The notes beneath the pieces were generated by a model. The model worked only from the letters and a program-made list of their open reading frames with translations, had not been told where the DNA came from and searched no databases. DNA of 64,000 nt from an uncultured cyanobacterium (GTDB lineage Bacteria > Cyanobacteriota > Cyanobacteriia > Cyanobacteriales > Cyanobacteriaceae), in contig CAVQBA010000001.1 of the NCBI GenBank assembly GCA_963710605.1, positions 32,001-96,000 on the forward strand. Reading direction: 5' to 3'. The position numbers and the translations under genes were made by a program. Of the stretch, positions 1-11,211 are shown one piece after another; the stretch's first letter is position 1; each line of letters opens with the position of its first letter.

Positions 1-13
1 TAATCAATTAGAT

Positions 14-1258
14 TTGAATTCTCTTGAAATTCTAGAATGGGAAGACACGAATCAGTGGCAGAAAAAGATTAACAAGTTAAATCAAACAAAATGTCTTTCT
101 CGCTACTTAGTTATCCCAAATACCAAAGATATGTTATCACAATTTATGAAGGTTTGTGGTGAACAACAATGGAGAATTTACCCTATAGGTAATGGGAGTA
201 AAATAAGTTGGGGGAAATCGCCTAATGAGTTTGATTTTTTTGTAAGTACTGTCAAGCAAAATAATATTATTGAACATGCTGTGGATGATTTGATTATAAC
301 AGTTGAATCAGGAATGACAATTAATGAGTTACAAAAGTACTTATCTACTCACGGACAGTTTTTCCCGATCGATGCCTGTTATCAAGAGGAGGCAACCATA
401 GGTGGAATCGTGGCTACAGCGAATGCAGGTAGTTGGCGACAACGTTATGGTGGGGTAAGAGATTTGATTTTAGGTATTTCTTTTTTACGTAGCGATGGGC
501 AAGAGGTGAAAGCAGGGGGAAAGGTAGTTAAAAATGTAGCAGGATACGACTTAATGAAGTTGTTTACAGGTTCTTATGGTAATTTAGGATTAATTACCTC
601 AGTGACTCTACGTTTGTTTCCTATACCCAGTGATTCGGCGACTATTTTGGTGACAGGAGAAATAGAAGCGATCAAAAAACTACGGACAACGATCGTTTGT
701 TCTGGTTTGACTCCTACTTGTGCAGATTTACTTTCTCCTTCTATTGTCCAAAACTTCGATTTAGGCAACAATTTAGCTTTATTACTTCGTTTTCAAAGTA
801 TTAGTGCTAGTGTCAAACAACAACTCTCACAAATCCAAACATGGGCTACGGAGTTAGATTTAACCACTCACACTTATCAATCTGAGGCAGAATTACAGTT
901 GTGGCAAAAAACTAAACAGCTAAGTAGTATTACTACGGATAATAAAAATATACTGTGTAAAATTGGCATTATTTCTAACCAAACAGTTGATTTTTTAGCT
1001 AATTGTCAAGGTGATTGTGTTTTAAATATTAGTACAGGTGTTGGTTATGGTGTTTTCCCTACTTCAACAAGTGTCACTGCTTTAAAAAATTTACGGGAAT
1101 TATGTGAAGAAAATTCAGGTTTTTTAACTATTTTAGAAGCTAATGTTGAGATAAAAGAAAAAATCGAGCCTTGGGGTTATGTTGGGAATATTCAAAGGAT
1201 GATGCGGATATTAAAAGAAAAGTTTGACCCTCAAGGTATTTTTATCGATCGAGTATAG
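14..1258 (+). CDS. glcE: FAD-binding oxidoreductase, glycolate oxidase subunit GlcE
   Basis: ATIGGIVAT...RYGGVRD and KAGGKVVKNVAGYDLMKLFTGSYG motifs; C-terminal KFDPQGIF. Confidence 0.85.
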   Translation: MNSLEILEWEDTNQWQKKINKLNQTKCLSRYLVIPNTKDMLSQFMKVCGEQQWRIYPIGNGSKISWGKSPNEFDFFVSTVKQNNIIEHAVDDLIITVESGMTINELQKYLSTHGQFFPIDACYQEEATIGGIVATANAGSWRQRYGGVRDLILGISFLRSDGQEVKAGGKVVKNVAGYDLMKLFTGSYGNLGLITSVTLRLFPIPSDSATILVTGEIEAIKKLRTTIVCSGLTPTCADLLSPSIVQNFDLGNNLALLLRFQSISASVKQQLSQIQTWATELDLTTHTYQSEAELQLWQKTKQLSSITTDNKNILCKIGIISNQTVDFLANCQGDCVLNISTGVGYGVFPTSTSVTALKNLRELCEENSGFLTILEANVEIKEKIEPWGYVGNIQRMMRILKEKFDPQGIFIDRV

Positions 1259-1260
1259 AA

Positions 1261-1342
1261 AGCTATAAGCTATAAGCTATAAGAGTTAAGAGTTAAGAGT
1301 TAAGAGTTAAGAGTTAAGAGTTAAGAGTTAAGAGTTAAGAGT
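1261..1342. repeat. Heptamer tandem repeats: (AAGCTAT)n then about 8-9 copies of AAGAGTT
   Basis: Directly visible. Similar heptamer runs (AATTGAT, AATTGAG, TGTCAAT, AATAGGG, TAATTAT, AACTATC) flank many genes in the window. Confidence 0.95.
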
Positions 1343-1394
1343 CTTGATAGTTGAAACAGACGTTTGAGACAACAATTAATACTTCTTACTCATT

Positions 1395-1483
1395 ACGGTG
1401 GAAGCCCGCTCAGATGCGTAAGACGCAAGGGAATGCTCACTCCTGACGGGAAGGCTGACCAAGACGGGAATGTCCACCAAGAC
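1395..1483. repeat. Short GC-rich dispersed repeat, related copy at 16704-16753
   Basis: Shared CGGTG(G/A)AAGCCCGC...GCGTAAGACGCAAGGGAATG...CACCAAGAC. Confidence 0.75.
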
Positions 1484-1503
1484 ACTCATTACTCATTACT
1501 CAT

Positions 1504-3141
1504 TTAAATGGGGCAATCTAAACCTTGTGATTGACGAGAAAAACGAATATTCTCACTATAATCAACAGGGCAATCTATGACAGAAGGTACATTTTGAGCT
1601 AAAGCTTCTTTTAGAGTAGGAATCAAATCTTCGGCACTTTCTACTCGATAACCTTTCAACCCCATACTTTCGGCAAATTTAACAAAATCAGGGTTAGTAA
1701 AATCAACAAAACTAGTACTACCAAATTGATTCATTTGTTTCCAACCAATCAAACCATAACTATTATCATTAAAAATCAAAGTCACAAAAGGAGTTTTAAT
1801 CCGTGAAGCTGTTTCTAACTCTTGACAATTCATCATAAAACCACCATCTCCTGTTACTGCCACCACATTTTTATCTGGATAGATTAATTTAGCCGCTAAT
1901 GCCCCCGGAATCGAAAAACCCATCGCCGCAAAACCGTTAGAAATAAGACAAGTATTCGGAGATTCACCGTGATAATTTCTTGCCATCCACATTTTATGCG
2001 CACCCACATCGGAGATAACAATATCTTCAGAATTCATTACCTGTCTTAAGTCGTAGATAATTTTTTGTGGTTTGACAGGAAAACCTTCATCATCAGCATA
2101 TTTTTCATAATCTTCTTTTATTTCTGTCCGTAAGCTAGTGGCGAAGGGCTTTTCTTTTCCTGTGCGATCGCATCTACTAACTATTTCATCTAAAGCATCA
2201 GCGATATCACCAACTACTTCTACTTTAGGAATATAACTACTATCAATCTGCGCAGGTGTTGCGGCAATATGAATAATTGGTGTTGTACCGTCTAGATTCC
2301 ATCGTTTAGGAGAATATTCAATTAAATCATAACCGATCGCAATAATAAGATCACTTTGTTCAAAAGCACAATTAATAAAATCTCGTTGTTGTAACCCAAC
2401 TGTCCACAAAGCCAATGGATGTAAATAAGGAATAACACCTTTACCCATAAAAGTATTAGCAACGGGAATTTGTAAACGGGTAGCAAATTCGGTTAAAGCA
2501 TCTGCCGCCCCCGCACGAATAGCACCATTTCCGACTAAGATTAAAGGATTTTTAGCTTTAGCGATCGCAATAGCGGCATTATTAACACTACCATAACTCG
2601 CATAAAACTTCTCCCGATTATCTTTAGTTAACGGTTTTCCTTCTACTTCCATCGCCGCTATATTTTCTGGTAAATCGATATGCACTGCCCCTGGTTTTTC
2701 TTTTTCGGCTATCTTAAAAGCCTTACGAACCACTTCAGGAGTAATACCGGGGCGAACAATTTGTGTATTCCATTTAGTTATCGGGGCAAACATAGCCACT
2801 AAATCAAGATATTGATGAGATTCAATGTGCATTCTATCCGTACCTACTTGCCCTGTTATCGCTACTAAAGGAGCACCGTCTAAATTAGCGTCTGCAACCC
2901 CCGTAATCAGGTTGGTCGCCCCCGGACCTAATGTAGAAAGACACACGCCTGCTTTGCCCGTTAAACGTCCGTAAACATCAGCCATAAAAGCCGCACCTTG
3001 TTCATGACGAGTGGTAATGAAACGAATCGAAGAATTTTTTAATGCTTCTAAGATATCGAGGTTTTCTTCACCGGGTAAACCAAAAATATATTCTACACCT
3101 TCGTTTTCTAAACACTGAATTAATAATTCGGCTGTATTCAT
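1504..3141 (-). CDS. ThDP-dependent enzyme of the acetolactate synthase family; probable 2-oxoglutarate decarboxylase (Sll1981 type)
   Basis: MNTAELL...FGLPGEEN, RHEQGAAFMAD, GDGGFMMN ThDP motif; recalled similarity to Synechocystis Sll1981. Confidence 0.8.
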   Translation of the reverse strand: MNTAELLIQCLENEGVEYIFGLPGEENLDILEALKNSSIRFITTRHEQGAAFMADVYGRLTGKAGVCLSTLGPGATNLITGVADANLDGAPLVAITGQVGTDRMHIESHQYLDLVAMFAPITKWNTQIVRPGITPEVVRKAFKIAEKEKPGAVHIDLPENIAAMEVEGKPLTKDNREKFYASYGSVNNAAIAIAKAKNPLILVGNGAIRAGAADALTEFATRLQIPVANTFMGKGVIPYLHPLALWTVGLQQRDFINCAFEQSDLIIAIGYDLIEYSPKRWNLDGTTPIIHIAATPAQIDSSYIPKVEVVGDIADALDEIVSRCDRTGKEKPFATSLRTEIKEDYEKYADDEGFPVKPQKIIYDLRQVMNSEDIVISDVGAHKMWMARNYHGESPNTCLISNGFAAMGFSIPGALAAKLIYPDKNVVAVTGDGGFMMNCQELETASRIKTPFVTLIFNDNSYGLIGWKQMNQFGSTSFVDFTNPDFVKFAESMGLKGYRVESAEDLIPTLKEALAQNVPSVIDCPVDYSENIRFSRQSQGLDCPI

Positions 3142-3216
3142 AATCATCAACCCCTTTTTATCTATTTTATTGATTTAGTTTAATCGGCTTGAGATATCCT
3201 AGAAGAAGAAGTAGTA

Positions 3217-3909
3217 GTGGTAGTCGTAAAAAATGATCTTCAAAAATCGATCGTTTATCCTTTACTATTTCTGGTGAAAAAAACTTTTGTGCTAATAATT
3301 CGTGTGAATACTAATAACCAATCTGTAACTTCTTCTTCTACTCCTAATTCTCACTATTTGATTGATCATCCAGCGATAGGAATACCTCATCATCCTTTGC
3401 AATACCGAGCTATTGGAGTAATTGAGGGTGTTTATTCTCCTGCTGATAATATTATCACTAAAGGGGTCATGACTACATCGCAAGGGGAAGAATTTGAAGC
3501 TGTTTTATTAGCTAAAACAATTAGTGCTGTCAAAAACCATATTGACTTAAAGCAAAAACAAAATTGGGTTGTTTATCCTCATACTATACCTGATACTGAT
3601 GATATTCATTTTCAGATAGCGGGGGTTTATTATCCTTCTCCATTGCAATCAATTCCTTTACCTGATAATTATTTTTCCATTCGAGGCGAGGTTGTTTATT
3701 CTTCTAAGTACAAGCAGAAGATAGTTGTACAGGTGTTAGATAATAATTTTGTTTATCGTCACAAGGCTAGAAGTTTTAAACTAGAAATTAAAGGTAAAAT
3801 TCCTGATAATCGTATTAAACATTTTTTTTCTTTAAGTGCAGGTTTAGAAAATAAAACTATTGTTGTTTATGATTATATGGATTTAGGTTTTGTCGCTGTC
3901 AATGTTTAA
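3217..3909 (+). CDS. Cyanobacterial hypothetical protein (start probably further downstream)
   Basis: Long ORF with YRAIG and WVVYP motifs reminiscent of conserved cyanobacterial hypotheticals. Confidence 0.6.
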   Translation: MVVVKNDLQKSIVYPLLFLVKKTFVLIIRVNTNNQSVTSSSTPNSHYLIDHPAIGIPHHPLQYRAIGVIEGVYSPADNIITKGVMTTSQGEEFEAVLLAKTISAVKNHIDLKQKQNWVVYPHTIPDTDDIHFQIAGVYYPSPLQSIPLPDNYFSIRGEVVYSSKYKQKIVVQVLDNNFVYRHKARSFKLEIKGKIPDNRIKHFFSLSAGLENKTIVVYDYMDLGFVAVNV

Positions 3910-4057
3910 TACAAGCCTATCGTCTGAAAGTATCGATTCCAAACTTTAATCTTGATAATTAACCTCTAAAAGAGGTTACTACAGCTTTCCCCCTCAAAAA
4001 TTTGAGACAGTCTTAACAGCAGGGTATTTAAAAACAAGAAGGAAGATAATTGTCTAA

Positions 4058-4288
4058 CTAGTCGTTGCAATTATTTTCCCAAGTTTCTGGTTGTAATAAA
4101 TCAATGACATGATCTCGGAGTAGAAATTCGTGTAATTCTAATTCTAACTCGATCGATCGCCATTCTCCTGCTGGGATAAATTGACAGATAGCATAAATAG
4201 GTTGCTGACGACTTAATAAACCTCTATTAACTAATTCTTTAGCTTGATTTTTAATTGTCTTGATTGAATGGATGGCATTATTTTGCAT
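4058..4288 (-). CDS. DUF4327 family protein
   Basis: LV..G.LSRQQPIY.IC.FIP..EW..IE.ELE..EFLLRD pattern. Confidence 0.75.
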   Translation of the reverse strand: MQNNAIHSIKTIKNQAKELVNRGLLSRQQPIYAICQFIPAGEWRSIELELELHEFLLRDHVIDLLQPETWENNCND

Positions 4289-4630
4289 CTCAACTTCACC
4301 TTTTTTTTAGTTTAATTTAAATTAATAATTTTCAATGATTTTTACAATTTTTAATTAACCTTAATCTTTGTCATCAGTAAAGGTCAACTACAATTTAAAT
4401 TATATTCAATTATCTTCATGTTAACTTATTCTTTTAATTTATGGTGAAAATCTTAAGATTTAATTTCTTTAACTATTTAAGCTTAATTTATGTTTAAATT
4501 AATAATCAATAATCAAATTTTTTACCGATTGCTTATTATCTTTATAAGTATTGATTTTTATCTATGAGTTATTTATCAGTATTGATGATTGTTATATAAT
4601 ACTTATAAACTGTCTTAAATCGCCAACGTT

Positions 4631-5536
4631 ATGAGCAAAAAAGCATTATTACTGATTAATCGTCATTCACGTAAAGGACAGAATTCATTACCTTTAGCCG
4701 TCGAATATTTTTATGATCATGGTTTAGAGTTAATTATCAAACCGATTAAAGATTTCAGTGAATTAGGGGTAGTAGTCAGAGAATATGCCCCAAGAATTGA
4801 TTGTGTTATCGTTGGTGGTGGTGATGGTACACTTAATGCGATCGTTGATAGTTTAGTTGAAACAAATTTACCGTTAGGTATTCTACCCTTAGGCACAGCT
4901 AATGATTTAGCACGAACTTTAGGCATACCCATAAATATCAAACAAGCTTGTGATGTCATTGCTAATGGTATGCTCAAATCGATCGATTTAGGATGTGTGA
5001 ATGGTAAATACTTTTTTAATGTTGCCAGTATCGGTTTAAGTGTCGATATTACCAACAAATTAACAGGTTGTTTAAAAAAACGTTGGGGTATCTTAGCTTA
5101 TGGAATCACAGCGTTACAAGTAGTTAGTAAAACTCGTCCGTTTAGAGCTACGATTAAAGTCGATGATCAAGAGTTACCGATTAAAACAGTTCAAATTGCG
5201 ATCGGTAATGGAAAATATTATGGTGGTGGAATGGCAATTGCTGAGGATGCGGCAATTGATGATCAAAGATTAGATTTATATAGTATTGAATTAAAACGTT
5301 GGTGGCAAGTTTTCCCGATGATTTGGCGGTTACCTAAAGGTGAGCATGAGGATTTAAAATGGGTAAGAACGATCGAAGGTAAAGAAATTGAAATTCATAC
5401 CACTAAATCATATGATATCAATACCGACGGTGAAATAACTACCTTTACCCCAGCTAAATTTAAAGTTGTGCCTCACGCCTTACAAGTATATGTACCTCGG
5501 AAGAATGGAGAATTGAAAATTGAGAATGGAGAATAA
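4631..5536 (+). CDS. YegS/diacylglycerol kinase family lipid kinase
   Basis: GGGDGTLN, LPLGTANDLAR, GNGKYYGGG, NTDGE motifs. Confidence 0.9.
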   Translation: MSKKALLLINRHSRKGQNSLPLAVEYFYDHGLELIIKPIKDFSELGVVVREYAPRIDCVIVGGGDGTLNAIVDSLVETNLPLGILPLGTANDLARTLGIPINIKQACDVIANGMLKSIDLGCVNGKYFFNVASIGLSVDITNKLTGCLKKRWGILAYGITALQVVSKTRPFRATIKVDDQELPIKTVQIAIGNGKYYGGGMAIAEDAAIDDQRLDLYSIELKRWWQVFPMIWRLPKGEHEDLKWVRTIEGKEIEIHTTKSYDINTDGEITTFTPAKFKVVPHALQVYVPRKNGELKIENGE

Positions 5537-5565
5537 AAGACGTTGCAGTACTAATAGTAGTAATA

Positions 5566-5739
5566 GTAGGATGGGTTAGGCGTGTATCCATTATCAACTT
5601 CAACAAATAGATGAATAACGATTGCCGTAACCCATCATCAATAAATTTGTCTTTAGATACATACATATTTGTGTTGGGTTTCGCTTTTATTTTATATTTT
5701 GTTTATATAACAAAGCTTTGTTTGCTCAACCCAACCTAC
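5566..5739. repeat. GTAG-type REP doublet-like element, related copy at 35041-35220
   Basis: GTAGGATGGGTTAG...CGTAACCCATC ... GTTGGGTTTCGC...AACCCAACCTAC inverted arms in both copies. Confidence 0.85.
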
Positions 5740-5801
5740 TGGCTACTTTCTTTTGTTTAGGTAAAGCTACTTCTTACTCATTACTTCTTACTCAATTTAG
5801 G

Positions 5802-6893
5802 TTAAACGTTATTAAGAAATAACATCACATCTCCTTCTTTGACAATATACTCTTTACCTTCAGAGCGGACTAATCCTTTTTCCTTAGCCGCTTTCATAGT
5901 ACCATTTTCGACTAAATCTTGGTAAGAAACAGTTTCAGCACGAATAAAACCTCTTTCAAAATCACTATGAATTACACCCGCGGCTTGAGGTGCAGTCATT
6001 CCTGCTACAATTGTCCATGCACGGCTTTCGGTTTCTCCTGTGGTGAGGTAAGTACGTAAACCTAACAATTCATAGGTCGCCCGAATTAAAGATTGTAAAC
6101 CACCTTCGGTGACACCTAATGATTCTAAAAATTCGGCTTTGTCTTCAGGAGATAAATCAATCAACTCTGATTCTACCTGTGCAGAAATAACCACAACTTT
6201 AGCACTTTCCTCCGCGGCTTTTGCTTTTACTTCTTCTACCCATTTATTGCCCTCGGCTAAATCTTCATCACTGACATTAGTTGCATAAATAACGGGTTTA
6301 GAAGTAAGTAAACCCATGGGTTTAATAATCTCTTCTTCTTCTTCGGTTAATTCAACTAATCTAGCAGGTTGCCCTTGATTAAGTATTGGTAATATTTTCT
6401 CTAAGACAGCTAATTCATCGGCTAAGGAGTTATCTTTTTTGGCTTGTTTTCTTAATCTTTCAGTCCGTTTTTCGACTTGGGCTAAATCGGCTAATGATAA
6501 TTCTAAATTAATTATATCCATATCTCTGACAGGATCAATCGAGCCTGAGACATGAATAATATCATCATCTTCAAAACATCTTACTACATGAACGATCGCA
6601 TCAACTTCTCTAATATTAGCTAAAAATTGATTTCCTAAACCTTCACCTTTACTCGCACCTTTAACTAAACCGGCAATATCAACAAACTCCATCCTCGTTG
6701 GTACAATTTTGACTGAATTAGATATTTTGGCTAAGACATCTAAACGCTCATCAGGTACAGCTACTACCCCCACATTTGGTTCAATAGTACAAAAGGGAAA
6801 ATTAGCCGCCGTGGCTTTAGCGTTAGCGACTACGGTATTAAATAAGGTTGATTTACCGACATTTGGTAAACCGACAATTCCTGCTTTTAACAT
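5802..6893 (-). CDS. ychF: Redox-regulated ATPase YchF
   Basis: GIVGLPNVGKSTLFN, NFPFCTIEPN, IHSDFERGFIRAE. Confidence 0.97.
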   Translation of the reverse strand: MLKAGIVGLPNVGKSTLFNTVVANAKATAANFPFCTIEPNVGVVAVPDERLDVLAKISNSVKIVPTRMEFVDIAGLVKGASKGEGLGNQFLANIREVDAIVHVVRCFEDDDIIHVSGSIDPVRDMDIINLELSLADLAQVEKRTERLRKQAKKDNSLADELAVLEKILPILNQGQPARLVELTEEEEEIIKPMGLLTSKPVIYATNVSDEDLAEGNKWVEEVKAKAAEESAKVVVISAQVESELIDLSPEDKAEFLESLGVTEGGLQSLIRATYELLGLRTYLTTGETESRAWTIVAGMTAPQAAGVIHSDFERGFIRAETVSYQDLVENGTMKAAKEKGLVRSEGKEYIVKEGDVMLFLNNV

Positions 6894-7165
6894 AGATTGA
6901 TAGTTAGTAATTGATAATTGATAATTGATAATTGATAATTAAAGTTTTCTCAACTTTCATCCTGAGGAAGTAAAAGTAAGTTTTAATTAGATATTCGATC
7001 GATCATCTATTATAAACCGAAGTAGATGGTTGCTAGTAATACTTTTCTTACTTACTAGAATAAGTTTGTGTTTGAAAAACGATCGTTTCTTCTGCTTTTT
7101 GTTTTACTGACAAATTTACTATTTGTTAAAGGGTGTAAGCCTTACACCCCTACAAATCAATAATT

Positions 7166-7402
7166 TTAAAATCTTACAGGAAAAAACTTTAATCGCTCAG
7201 TAAATTCGGTTTCATAAATCCTTTCAACTAAAAAATCAGTATCGGTATTTTCGATTCCTTCGATACTATCCATCATTTTCAGAAAGTTAGGATGATGGGC
7301 AATGACACCATCTTTGGTGTAAGCAATCCATTCACCCCTATATTGCTTGAGCGTATAACGATTGTCTTTGTACCATTCTATCGGTGTTTGAGTCGTGCTT
7401 AT
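7166..7402 (-). pseudogene. Remnant resembling the N-terminal DUF5678-like domain; start codon lost, truncated next to a REP-like hairpin
   Basis: Manual translation (I)STTQTPIEWYKDNRYTLKQYRGEWIAYTKDGVIAHH...KFFPVRF*; begins at ATA. Confidence 0.5.
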
Positions 7403-7622
7403 GATTATCCATCATTACACTACAAATTTTAATTATCGATCGAGTATATATCGATCTAAACACAAAAATAACTATTGATTAAAAATAACTTAAATATAAA
7501 TCAAACATAATTTTAGCAATGAAAGTTGTTGTAATTAATTAGCCACAATGACCCAAATTAGCCTAAACTAATCTAATAATGTCTAGTTTAGTAAAAAAAT
7601 ATATATTTAGGAGATTAAAAAC

Positions 7623-7811
7623 ATGGGAGTAATATTCCAATTATTATTAGCCGCTTTAGTATTTTTCTCATTCGTGATGGTAGTTTATGTACCAGTTGCT
7701 TATGCTTCACCTCAAAATTGGGAGCAGTCTAAATCCTTACTCTATTTGGGTTCAATTATTTGGTTTGCTTTAGTGATTTTGGTTGCTGTTTTCAACTTTT
7801 TCGTCGTTTAA
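7623..7811 (+). CDS. psbZ: Photosystem II reaction centre protein Z
   Basis: 62 aa, [28 protein letters not shown]; usual position upstream of ribH; GGAG RBS. Confidence 0.95.
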   Translation: MGVIFQLLLAALVFFSFVMVVYVPVAYASPQNWEQSKSLLYLGSIIWFALVILVAVFNFFVV

Positions 7812-7938
7812 GATTGTTTTTGAGAAAAAATATTTAAGAAGATTTAGAAAACCATTATTAGATGGGCAAAAATAAAATTAATTTTTAATCTAAGTATTTT
7901 TGCCTATTCTATATTTATTAAGAATTATTAATTTTAAC

Positions 7939-8418
7939 ATGGCAGTTTTTGAAGGTAATTTTCAGGATACCAAAAATTTACGTATAGCGATCGTTATTGG
8001 ACGTTTCAATGATTTAGTCACCAACAAACTTTTAGCAGGTTGTCAAGACTGTTTGAAAAGACACGGTGTTGATATCAACCCAGAAGGCACTCAAGTAGAT
8101 TACGCTTGGGTACCAGGTAGTTTTGAAGTGCCTTTAATTACAAGCAAATTAGCTTCTACAGGTAATTATGATGTCATTATTTGTTTGGGGGCGGTAATCA
8201 GAGGAGATACTCCTCATTTTGATTATGTCTGTAGTCAGGCGGCAAAAGGAATTGCGGCTGTAGGTATGAAAACGGGTGTGCCGACTATATTTGGTATTTT
8301 AACTACCGATACAATGCAACAAGCCTTAGAAAGGGCTGGAATTAAAAGCAATCTTGGTTGGGGTTATGCGATGAATGCTTTAGAAATCGCTACTTTAATG
8401 AAACAACTTCCCAATTAG
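7939..8418 (+). CDS. ribH: 6,7-dimethyl-8-ribityllumazine synthase
   Basis: [31 protein letters not shown] at 7939. Confidence 0.97.
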   Translation: MAVFEGNFQDTKNLRIAIVIGRFNDLVTNKLLAGCQDCLKRHGVDINPEGTQVDYAWVPGSFEVPLITSKLASTGNYDVIICLGAVIRGDTPHFDYVCSQAAKGIAAVGMKTGVPTIFGILTTDTMQQALERAGIKSNLGWGYAMNALEIATLMKQLPN

Positions 8419-8646
8419 CAGTTAGCAATTAGCAATTAGTAATTAATAATTATATTTATTTTAATCGATCGTTTGAGGTAAAACTAATTACATCAATGAT
8501 TTAGTTTGTAGGGACGTATCAGTGCTACGTCCTTCATAATGTAGGCATTCTGTACGATCGGTTTTCATTTATAATCTGAACTATGTTAATCTCTAGGTAT
8601 TTATGTACTAAAAAAGTATAATAGAGATAAAATAAGTTGAAGGTAA

Positions 8647-10674
<2,028 letters not shown>

Positions 10675-10957
10675 CAAAGGGCAAAGGGCAAAGGTAAAAT
10701 GCTTATATATTAATAGTTTGAGCCTTTATATTTGTCCTAACTGTTATGGCTACTACTATACAAATAACAATGATACAATTCTGGTTTTAAAATCTTAGTT
10801 TACAGATTCGACTCTAGCGGATTCACAAGAGTATTAAATGAGAATTAGAGGCGAGTTTCATACTAGAATTTCCCGATAAATATTAATGTCTCAACCCTAT
10901 TTTAAACGATTGTAATTATTTAAAATAAGAACAAAATAATTTTGCACAAATACTTAA

Positions 10958-11158
10958 TATAGCAATTATTGGTGAAATGAAGTATAAACTAATCCCCCAC
11001 TCATCCCCATCCCCCTTGCCACGGGGCTTACAAGCACCTGAAATCAATTCAGGTGACAGCCCCTCCCCTTCGTAAGGGGGAAATTTAAGGATGCTTCGCT
11101 TTTATTTATGGGGACTTACCAGTTGTAACTGTACCTTATAATTATGAGAAACGCTATA
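10958..11158. mobile_element. MITE-like element with TATAGC...GCTATA ends; shorter inverted copy at 39212-39319
   Basis: Reverse complement of 39212-39319 matches both ends; internal CCCCTT..AAGGGGG hairpin. Confidence 0.7.
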
Positions 11159-11211
11159 GTTTTAAAATATTTATCTAAGTAGATAAACTTTATTTTAGTT
11201 TTTAATAAAAG

